A stretch of DNA of 44,218 nucleotides from Deinococcota bacterium (lineage in GTDB: Bacteria > Deinococcota > Deinococci > Deinococcales > Trueperaceae), in contig JBCCBI010000001.1 in the NCBI GenBank assembly GCA_039034155.1, positions 1-44,218 of the forward strand, written 5' to 3'. Both the position numbers and the translations under genes were made by a program. How positions within the stretch are numbered: the stretch's first letter is position 1; every line of letters begins with the position of its first letter. Of this stretch, positions 37,509 to 44,218 are shown piece after piece. Below the pieces are notes generated by a model. It saw only the letters and a program-made list of their open reading frames with translations, was not told where the DNA came from and searched no databases.

Positions 37509-38357
37509 TTAGACTCTTTCCTGAGCAGTCTGCAACGCCTCAGCTACCGCATGAATATCCTCAAAAACATAATCCGGCTGAATGCCTGTCTTCTGAATAT
37601 CTTCTTTGGTTGATACCCCAGAAAGTACCAAAATGCTCGTCATGCCTGCTCGCTGCGCGCCAAGAATAGCGGTTTCTAACCTGTCACCAATCATAGCGCT
37701 GGTGTCAGGACTAGCATTCAAGCGTTTGAGGGCTCCTTGAAAAATAATCTGCTCGGGTTTGCCTACGACAATGGGCTTCACACCGGATGCTGTACTCACG
37801 ACATCTAAAACCGCGCCTGCACCGGGAAGTTGTCCCAGTTCAGACGGAAAAGATGCATCAATGTTGGAGGCAATGAACGGCACACCAGCACGAACAAGCA
37901 AGGCTCCCATCGCGAGTAGGTCGTAGGTGAGGTCTCGAGCCAAGCCTCCTACAACGGCATCCACCGCCGTCAAGTTATCTGCCTCAGCTAACTCGCGTAC
38001 GTCATCCACGGAAACAACTTGCAAGCCCGCTTGTTGCACGGCATCGTGTAAACCGTCTTCGCCAATCACATAGGCACGGGTTGCCTGTGGATAGTTATCT
38101 TTCAAATAGCTGACGGTGGCATTCGCTGAGGTCACCACGTACTGTAAGTCCAGATCAATGCCCATATGGGCAAGTTTTGCCTCCATTTGAGCAGCCGTTT
38201 TAGTGGAATTATTGGAGGCAAGTGCCACACCGACACCTAGATCTCGAATACTGCTGAGACATTTGCCGATGCCTGGTACAGCTGTGTCTCCGTGCCACAA
38301 GACACCATCCATATCGATCACGAGGTTGTTAACGTTCAACGTTTGGTCTTGACTCAT
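37509..38357 (-). CDS. HAD-IIA family sugar phosphatase (NagD-like)
   Basis: HAD motifs are present: IDMDGVLW, VALASNNS, GKP and IGDRLETAILGAQRAG. Confidence 0.85.
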   Translation of the reverse strand: MSQDQTLNVNNLVIDMDGVLWHGDTAVPGIGKCLSSIRDLGVGVALASNNSTKTAAQMEAKLAHMGIDLDLQYVVTSANATVSYLKDNYPQATRAYVIGEDGLHDAVQQAGLQVVSVDDVRELAEADNLTAVDAVVGGLARDLTYDLLAMGALLVRAGVPFIASNIDASFPSELGQLPGAGAVLDVVSTASGVKPIVVGKPEQIIFQGALKRLNASPDTSAMIGDRLETAILGAQRAGMTSILVLSGVSTKEDIQKTGIQPDYVFEDIHAVAEALQTAQERV

Positions 38358-38511
38358 GTCCTGAGCATACCGCGCAGCTCATCGCCGCTGATGCTCATCA
38401 CCTTCCTTTTGATACGCCTATCAGCTGATGACTCTAACCTTGCGTGATACACTTGCTTCACTTTTAAGTAAGCGTTATTTTGCAAGATGATAGCTGTAAA
38501 GGAGGTACGTT

Positions 38512-39675
38512 ATGCCCGGTTTTTCTTCACTGATTGAAGGCTTGAAGCCCTCGAGCACGGTTGCATTTAACACTAAAGCTGGCGACATGCGCCGTAACGG
38601 CATAGATGTCATCGCCATGACCGCCGGTGAGCCAGACTTTCAACCACCTGAGCATGTGTTAGATGCTGCTAAAGAGGCAATCGCCAAAGGCATCACCAAA
38701 TACACCGCGCCAGCAGGGTCGTTTGAGTTGCGTGAGGCGGTGGCGGCTAAATTTAAGCGGGAAAATAATCTTGACTACACCCCGGAACAGGTAAGTGTGT
38801 CAACCGGAGGTAAACAGGTTTTATACAACGCCTACATGAGCGTGCTCGAGCCAGGTGATGAGGTCATCGTCCCCACACCTTGTTGGGTATCCTACGAAGC
38901 GCAAATTGGCTTAGCGGGTGGACGTTTTGTGCCTGTTCACGCGCCTGCAAGCGATGGCTTTATACCTGACCCAGAGGCAATTCGTGCAGCTATCACGCCA
39001 AAAACTAAAGTCATCACCATCAACTCCCCCTGTAACCCTACGGGTGCGGTTTATCCGCCGGAAGTTGTCAAAGCCATTGCCGACCTTGCCGAGGAACACG
39101 ACCTGTGGCTGTTTACCGATGACCTGTATGAGCACCTCATCTACGACGGTACATTTACGGCTGCCGCTCAGTTTTATCCTGAGCGTACGTTAATCATTCA
39201 CGGTGCCAGCAAAGCTTACGCGCTGACAGGTTGGCGCATTGGTTACGGCATTGGCCCGCGCAAGCTTATTTCGCTGATGACGCGTTTGCAGGGGCAAGTG
39301 ACGAGTGGGGCGAATGCACTTGCGCAGTATGCCGTCGTTGCAGCACTCAATGAACACGACAAAACAACGGCATTTATTGAGATGACGAAAAAAGCGTATA
39401 TAGAACGGCGGGATTTGTTGGTAAGTGGCCTAAACCGTCTAGGACTCACCACGCCCACGCCCAAAGGTGCGTTTTATGTGATGGCCGACCTTACGCCGAT
39501 TCACGCAGATGAATACGAGGCTGCGGTGACGTTGCTCGAGCAAGCCCACGTGGGTGTCGTTCCCGGCACAGATTTTCATGCACCTGGTCAGGCCCGCTTA
39601 AGTTACGCCACCAGTACCGAAAGCATCCAAACTGCGTTAGAACGCATTGAGAGTGTGCTGAGTACAACTGTGTAA
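38512..39675 (+). CDS. Class I pyridoxal-phosphate aminotransferase (aspartate aminotransferase type)
   Basis: The 387 aa ORF carries the PLP-lysine motif SKAYALTGWRIGY and NSPCNPTG. An AAGGAGG RBS precedes the start. Confidence 0.9.
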   Translation: MPGFSSLIEGLKPSSTVAFNTKAGDMRRNGIDVIAMTAGEPDFQPPEHVLDAAKEAIAKGITKYTAPAGSFELREAVAAKFKRENNLDYTPEQVSVSTGGKQVLYNAYMSVLEPGDEVIVPTPCWVSYEAQIGLAGGRFVPVHAPASDGFIPDPEAIRAAITPKTKVITINSPCNPTGAVYPPEVVKAIADLAEEHDLWLFTDDLYEHLIYDGTFTAAAQFYPERTLIIHGASKAYALTGWRIGYGIGPRKLISLMTRLQGQVTSGANALAQYAVVAALNEHDKTTAFIEMTKKAYIERRDLLVSGLNRLGLTTPTPKGAFYVMADLTPIHADEYEAAVTLLEQAHVGVVPGTDFHAPGQARLSYATSTESIQTALERIESVLSTTV

Positions 39676-39692
39676 GTTGTTAGAGACGAGTT

Positions 39693-40610
39693 TTATGCGT
39701 GCTCGAGGGCGGTAACGTCCCAATTTGCCTTGGTTGCACCCGCAAGGTAGGCGCTCTCGAGAAACTCGAGCAGTGCTGCCTTCGGATCGTCAGCTTGTCT
39801 TACATCGTCGTACATGAGCATTGCCATAGCGCTAGCGTCACCTACCCAAGTTGCGTCACTTGGGCCTAATGCCATTGTCCGCAAGCCTTCCGGTTCAGGA
39901 TACGTGTAGGAGTAAAACGCAGGCGCAGGCACGCTACTATCGCCGGGCCAAAAGCCAAACGAAATGACCTCATGAGAGTAAGCTTCTTTGTCGACGTTAG
40001 AGCCTCCATCCAATGGTGCAGCCCTTCCTGAAAAGCGCGTATAAGCAAGGTCAAACGAGTGCCAAAATAAGTGTACAGGCGTGCTTTTACCGCAAAATTT
40101 GCCCTTAAACTCACGAAACACAGCATCGATCCAAGTAAGAATATGCCAGTAGCGGGTCACAAATTCCGGGTCATAGCTAGCGTTTGTAGTGTCTTCCGCA
40201 AACGGGATGTCACTACCTACTTTGTCTGGGTCGTAAGGTTTCGCGAGGATGTCCACGTGAACGCCTAGCGTGTCAAGGCTAGTCATAACAGCCTCATAAA
40301 AGCTTGCTACTGACAGGCCATCCTCTAGCTTGATGACCTCTTTACCACCAGATGTGCTGCGTAACACAAGCATGTGCTCAACAAGATCAAACTCGAGGTC
40401 AATCAGCCCAGTTTGTAAGGGGATGGCTTGGGTCGTTAGCCCTCTAGGTGAGACATACAGTGGCGCATGCCACCAATGGTTTAAACGCGGGTGCAACGCT
40501 AGGCGCACTTTGCCGACAATCTGACAGTACAAGTTGAGCGTGCGTTTGCTCGCTTCCCACGCATCTAGCGGCAACTCAGGTAAGTTTGCAAAGATAGATA
40601 TTGTGTCCAT
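39693..40610 (-). CDS. DUF5996-like conserved hypothetical protein
   Basis: The 305 aa ORF carries motifs I associate with that family: NHWWHAPLYVSPRGLTT, FWHSFDLAYTRFSGR, EAYSHEVISFGFWPG and PAFYSYTYPEPEG. An AAGGAGG RBS precedes the start. Confidence 0.6.
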   Translation of the reverse strand: MDTISIFANLPELPLDAWEASKRTLNLYCQIVGKVRLALHPRLNHWWHAPLYVSPRGLTTQAIPLQTGLIDLEFDLVEHMLVLRSTSGGKEVIKLEDGLSVASFYEAVMTSLDTLGVHVDILAKPYDPDKVGSDIPFAEDTTNASYDPEFVTRYWHILTWIDAVFREFKGKFCGKSTPVHLFWHSFDLAYTRFSGRAAPLDGGSNVDKEAYSHEVISFGFWPGDSSVPAPAFYSYTYPEPEGLRTMALGPSDATWVGDASAMAMLMYDDVRQADDPKAALLEFLESAYLAGATKANWDVTALEHA

Positions 40611-40736
40611 ACCAAGCCTCCTTAAATAGATAGCAACCCCACAATGTCGTGATACATATGTTGCAGTGAGTTTAGGCTGTCACTGATGAAATCTCCCTTT
40701 CCCACGTGCTCCCCTTCTCCCTTTCCAAAAAGCAAT

Positions 40737-40774
40737 ATCATACTCTTTCCGGTTAATTCGTTAACGAATTAACC
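40737..40774 (-). promoter_or_regulatory. Candidate promoter with overlapping 24-bp perfect palindromic operator
   Basis: The perfect palindrome GGTTAATTCGTTAACGAATTAACC spans 40751-40774. On the minus strand, TTAACG (40764 to 40759), a 16 nt spacer and TATGAT (40742 to 40737) lie upstream of the DUF5996-like gene. Confidence 0.45.
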
Positions 40775-40789
40775 CACCTGGAAGGTGTA

Positions 40790-40862
40790 AAAACAGCAAC
40801 CGATTCTGATTAGAACGGCATAAATCCCGCAGGGGTTTATATAGTGTTTAATCGGAATCGGT
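40790..40862 (-). terminator. Candidate gnd terminator: nested hairpin followed by a T-tract on the minus strand
   Basis: The outer 13 bp stem is ACCGATTCTGATT (40799-40811) / AATCGGAATCGGT (40850-40862), with 1 mismatch. The inner 9 bp stem is ATAAATCCC / GGGGTTTAT (40820-40840). The minus strand then continues TGCTGTTTTTAC. Confidence 0.45.
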
Positions 40863-41016
40863 ATCACATGTCGGTAAGTCCGTAATAACATCTCGTGTAA
40901 GTGCTAAGAGAAGCTCGTTAATGCCGCTCTACACTTTATAAACCTCAGCATAAAAAGCGCACCAACATGCTTGTAGTTGAAGCTGTTGATACGCATTGAT
41001 GCATTAAGCTAGTCGT

Positions 41017-42468
41017 TTAAGCGTCGTAGGAGCTCGAGCTTACATCACCGCCGGTGCCCGTCCAATTCGTGTGGAAGTACTCGCCACGTGGTTTGTCGGT
41101 GCGTTCGTAGGTATGTGCGCCAAAGTAATCGCGTTGTGCTTGAATCATATTGGCAGGTAACCGCCCGCGCCTATAGCCATCATAAAAGGATAGCGCTGCT
41201 GACATGGCAGGCACGGCAATACCAAGTTCCACAGCTTTAGCAATGACACGTCGCCAAGCTGCTTGTGCGTTTGCAATGGCATCTTGAAAGTAGGGGTCAA
41301 CCAACAAGTTAACGAGGTTAGGATCGCGGTCGTAGGCATCTTTAATGTTATTCAAAAACACTGAGCGGATGATGCAGCCACCGCGCCACATGAGCGCGAG
41401 TCCGCCGTAGTTGAGGTTCCAATCATAGGCTTTAGCAGCGGCACGCATAAGCATGTAACCTTGTGCATAAGACACAATTTTAGAAGCGTAAACAGCATCC
41501 TCGAGGTCATTCACAAAGGCCTCTTGATCACCATCAAAACTTGTACCCGGACTACTTAAGTGGTCGGTAACTTGCATACGCTCATCTTTAAGGGCAGATA
41601 GCGAGCGAGCGGCCACGGCCTCACTAATCAGTGTGAGCGGAATACCCATATCCAAAGATGACACAGCCGTCCAGCGGCCCGTGCCTTTTTGCCCAGCAGC
41701 ATCCAAAATCACATCAATGAGGTACTCGCCGTCTTCTTGATAGCCCAAAATGTCGGTGGTAATTTCAATAAGATACGAATCCAGCTTGCCTTTGTTCCAA
41801 CGTCCAAACACCTCATGCATGTCGGCGTTGCTCATGCCCAAACCTGTACTCATAAGGTCGTAGGCTTCAGCGATGATTTGCATATCGCCGTATTCAATAC
41901 CGTTGTGGACCATTTTCACGTAGTGCCCTGCACCGTTTTCGCCCACCCAATCACAACAGGGTACGTCATCTACTTTGGCAGCGATACCTTGGAAGATGGG
42001 TTTAACGTACTCCCAAGCGTCTGGGCTGCCACCCGGCATGATTGACGGGCCAAAGCGGGCACCTTCTTCACCACCGGATACACCTGTACCGAGGAAGCGG
42101 AGTCCTTTTTCCTCGAGCATCTTAGTGCGCCGAATAGAATCTTCGTAGTTGGAGTTGCCGCCATCAATAATAATGTCGCCTTCTTCAAGTAAGGGCAAAA
42201 GTTGCTCAATAGTGGCATCTACGGGTTTACCTGCTTTAATCATGAGCATGACCCGGCGGGGGCGTTTGAGCGAACCCACAAATTCCTCGAGTGAATGTGC
42301 GCCGACAATCTCGGTATCTTTGGCTTCGTCCGCCATAAAGTCATCCACTTTGGAGGTTGTACGGTTGTAGACAGCGACCTTAAACCCATGGTCGTTCATA
42401 TTCAAAATGAGGTTTTGCCCCATAACTGCTAGGCCAATCAACCCAATATCTGCGTGTGCATCTGCCAT
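41017..42468 (-). CDS. gnd: 6-phosphogluconate dehydrogenase, decarboxylating
   Basis: Canonical Gnd sequence is present (IGLIGLAVMGQNL, GTGVSGGEEGAR). GAGGAG is followed by three consecutive ATGs at 42474, 42471 and 42468. The third has the best SD spacing, and the ORF-track start at 42513 is probably too long. Confidence 0.95.
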   Translation of the reverse strand: MADAHADIGLIGLAVMGQNLILNMNDHGFKVAVYNRTTSKVDDFMADEAKDTEIVGAHSLEEFVGSLKRPRRVMLMIKAGKPVDATIEQLLPLLEEGDIIIDGGNSNYEDSIRRTKMLEEKGLRFLGTGVSGGEEGARFGPSIMPGGSPDAWEYVKPIFQGIAAKVDDVPCCDWVGENGAGHYVKMVHNGIEYGDMQIIAEAYDLMSTGLGMSNADMHEVFGRWNKGKLDSYLIEITTDILGYQEDGEYLIDVILDAAGQKGTGRWTAVSSLDMGIPLTLISEAVAARSLSALKDERMQVTDHLSSPGTSFDGDQEAFVNDLEDAVYASKIVSYAQGYMLMRAAAKAYDWNLNYGGLALMWRGGCIIRSVFLNNIKDAYDRDPNLVNLLVDPYFQDAIANAQAAWRRVIAKAVELGIAVPAMSAALSFYDGYRRGRLPANMIQAQRDYFGAHTYERTDKPRGEYFHTNWTGTGGDVSSSSYDA

Positions 42469-42855
42469 CATCATCTCCTCTAGTTGGTTATACGTGGTTA
42501 CGTAGGGTGTCAACGTCTAACGCTTAACGTTGACATCTTATAGTCGTTCCAGGATAAATTCCCCCACACTAAATGGGTCTGTGTAGGCTCGCCTAGCTCG
42601 CATGATTAAGTTGCTAGGGCAACTCAAAATGGAAACGCTATTAAACACACCCACTTTAACCTACACGCCATACATCGTGATGATTACAGTGCATGATGTC
42701 TCACGCCTGGTGCTCATAGGAGCATAACAATAATAATGACGTTTCCAAACCACCATTTTAATGAGCTGAAAACGTCATATTTGTTTAGGCGCTGTAATAA
42801 ACTTCTCTTAAAGATATACCTTGATGTGATGCTGGTACGTCACCTACCCCGAGAC

Positions 42856-42897
42856 TTACCAGTTGCGATTTACCAGCTGCGATTTACCAGTTGCGAT
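42856..42897. repeat. 14-nt tandem repeat x3 (TTACCAGYTGCGAT) spanning the M23 peptidase stop codon
   Basis: The units are 42856-42869, 42870-42883 and 42884-42897. Each contains a minus-strand TAA. Confidence 0.85.
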
Positions 42898-43618
42898 TCA
42901 CCATCAGGGGTAAAGGATCAATAGCGTTCCACTCGCAGCTTTCGTAGGTGCCCGTGTAGACGCCAAAGTGCAAGTGAGGTGGGGTCGTGCGGGCGTTACC
43001 TGTGTTGCCAACGTAGCCAAGTAGGGTGTCAATATCTACCTGCTGACCTTCTTCAAGATCTTCTGCATAAGCAGACAAATGGGCATAGTAGTAGCGCCAG
43101 CCAGCAGCACCCACTACGGTTACGGTCATGCCGCCCAGAGGGTTATCGCCAATACGGTAAACGAAGCCAGGCGCAGCCGGATAAATGGGTGTGCCAATAG
43201 GTGCAAAAACATCTTGCCCTTCATGGCGGCGGCCGCCCCCGCGCGGAGCTAGGTAGGTGTCGGCAATTTCGCTTACCCGCCGCCCCTCAACCGGCATAAG
43301 CAAAGCTTGCTCGGGCGTTGCAGGCACGCGGGCAAAGTAGAGTGGCAACGTTTCACGATAGCGAGCGCTACGCTCGAGCCACGCGAGCCGCTCTGGACTT
43401 AAATTACTGGTATCAATTTCTCTTACTGGACAACTAATGCCCATAATTTCAGCTGTGCTGAGGTCATTGGGATTTGGATCAAGCGCATCCGCAGGTAAGT
43501 TGGCAAACCCTAGCGCAATACCACCTAACAGCACACTCCAAACTACCGCTTGACGTACTCGTGTTGGGGATAAATTAAAGGAATAATCCATGCTCAACAG
43601 CTTAACCTTGTAAGCCAT
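42884..43618 (-). CDS. M23-family metallopeptidase (peptidoglycan endopeptidase type)
   Basis: The M23 motifs HEGQDV and GNTGNARTTPPHLHFGVY are present. The N-terminus has a membrane or signal segment. Confidence 0.85.
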   Translation of the reverse strand: MAYKVKLLSMDYSFNLSPTRVRQAVVWSVLLGGIALGFANLPADALDPNPNDLSTAEIMGISCPVREIDTSNLSPERLAWLERSARYRETLPLYFARVPATPEQALLMPVEGRRVSEIADTYLAPRGGGRRHEGQDVFAPIGTPIYPAAPGFVYRIGDNPLGGMTVTVVGAAGWRYYYAHLSAYAEDLEEGQQVDIDTLLGYVGNTGNARTTPPHLHFGVYTGTYESCEWNAIDPLPLMVNRNW

Positions 43619-43704
43619 ATACGTTTGCGTGGCAGTTGTCAGACGACCTTAACCCTTTGTTTAGGGGGTCTTTATCTTAATTTCCCCCTATTCTCCGTAA
43701 GTGC

Positions 43705-44218
43705 CTACTGTTCTTCATAGTGCCAGGTGAGGCCGCCATCAACAAAATAGGTTGCACCCGTCACATAAGACGCTTCCTCTGAGGCTAAAAACGCAACCAC
43801 GCTCGAGACTTCTTTGGGTTTGCCCATACGTCCAAGGGAGATATTTTCACGCAGGGTTCTTAAAAGTTCGGGTTGCTCCATCAGGTCATCGTTAATGGGC
43901 GTACGAATTGCACCTGGTGCCACGCCGTTTACCGTGATGTCAAAGTTACCAAGTTCAACTGCCAAGTTGCGCGTGAGCATTTGCATACCACCTTTAGAAA
44001 GACAGTACGAGGTGAAGTTTGCAAAGGGTAAGTCTTCATGAACGGAGCTAATGTTGATAATGCGTCCGGGGCGTTTGGTTTCAAGTAAGTGTTTAGTCAC
44101 CGCCTGCGCAGCAAAAAATGCCCCTTTGAGGTTGACATTCATCACCAAGTCATACTGATCTTCGCTCACTTCCCAAAAGGGGGCTTTGCGGGTAATGCCC
44201 GCGTTATTCACAAGAATA
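43705..44218 (-). CDS. Short-chain dehydrogenase/reductase (glucose 1-dehydrogenase / 3-oxoacyl-ACP reductase-like), 5' end outside the window
   Basis: SDR motifs are present (NNAG, the catalytic S...YCLSK and PGAIRTP). The ORF runs off the right edge of the window. Confidence 0.85.
   Translation of the reverse strand, partial: ILVNNAGITRKAPFWEVSEDQYDLVMNVNLKGAFFAAQAVTKHLLETKRPGRIINISSVHEDLPFANFTSYCLSKGGMQMLTRNLAVELGNFDITVNGVAPGAIRTPINDDLMEQPELLRTLRENISLGRMGKPKEVSSVVAFLASEEASYVTGATYFVDGGLTWHYEEQ

Overview
The 44.2 kb window is bacterial chromosomal DNA, roughly 50% GC by eye. It is densely coded, most genes have strong AGGAGG-type ribosome-binding sites, and I recognised no rRNA, tRNA, CRISPR array or IS element. 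The lineage cannot be fixed from sequence alone. The cinA-recA-rny synteny, RNase Y and several lipoprotein signal peptides suggest a Firmicutes, Chloroflexi or Deinococcus-Thermus type organism, not a cyanobacterium or proteobacterium.

Gene content, left to right:
- (a) A sugar-utilisation locus. It holds a PBP1 LsrB/RhaS-like binding protein and a minus-strand operon of SorC regulator, E1 alpha, E1 beta and E2 of a 2-oxoacid/acetoin-type dehydrogenase complex. Divergent from these are an MtnA-like isomerase, an MtnK-like kinase and a frameshifted class II aldolase-SDR fusion.
- (b) An AT-richer island at about 11.1-17.5 kb. It carries one giant lipoprotein gene of about 1685 codons (N-terminal tandem repeat domains, VWA, IPT/TIG, PKD-like) split by a single in-frame TAA. 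The gene ends in a low-GC C-terminal module of unknown function.
- (c) An ANT(6)-like nucleotidyltransferase and ndk.
- (d) Two tandem secreted DUF2330-type paralogs.
- (e) A very large GH13 amylase lipoprotein.
- (f) cinA, recA and rny.
- (g) A minus-strand trio of wHTH regulator, internally duplicated hypothetical protein and orphan RHH antitoxin-like gene.
- (h) acnA, a repeat-containing hypothetical protein, a HAD-IIA phosphatase, a class I aminotransferase, a DUF5996-like protein, gnd, an M23 peptidase and a partial SDR.

The most striking signal not explained by genes is a hyper-abundant palindrome. I count about 79 copies of CTCGAG against about 11 expected, and about 20 copies of GCTCGAGC against fewer than 1 expected. 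Copies fall in all codon phases and in spacers, and sometimes form hairpins and a terminator. The motif is nearly absent from the island. This resembles the HIP1 phenomenon of cyanobacteria but uses a different motif in a non-cyanobacterial gene context.
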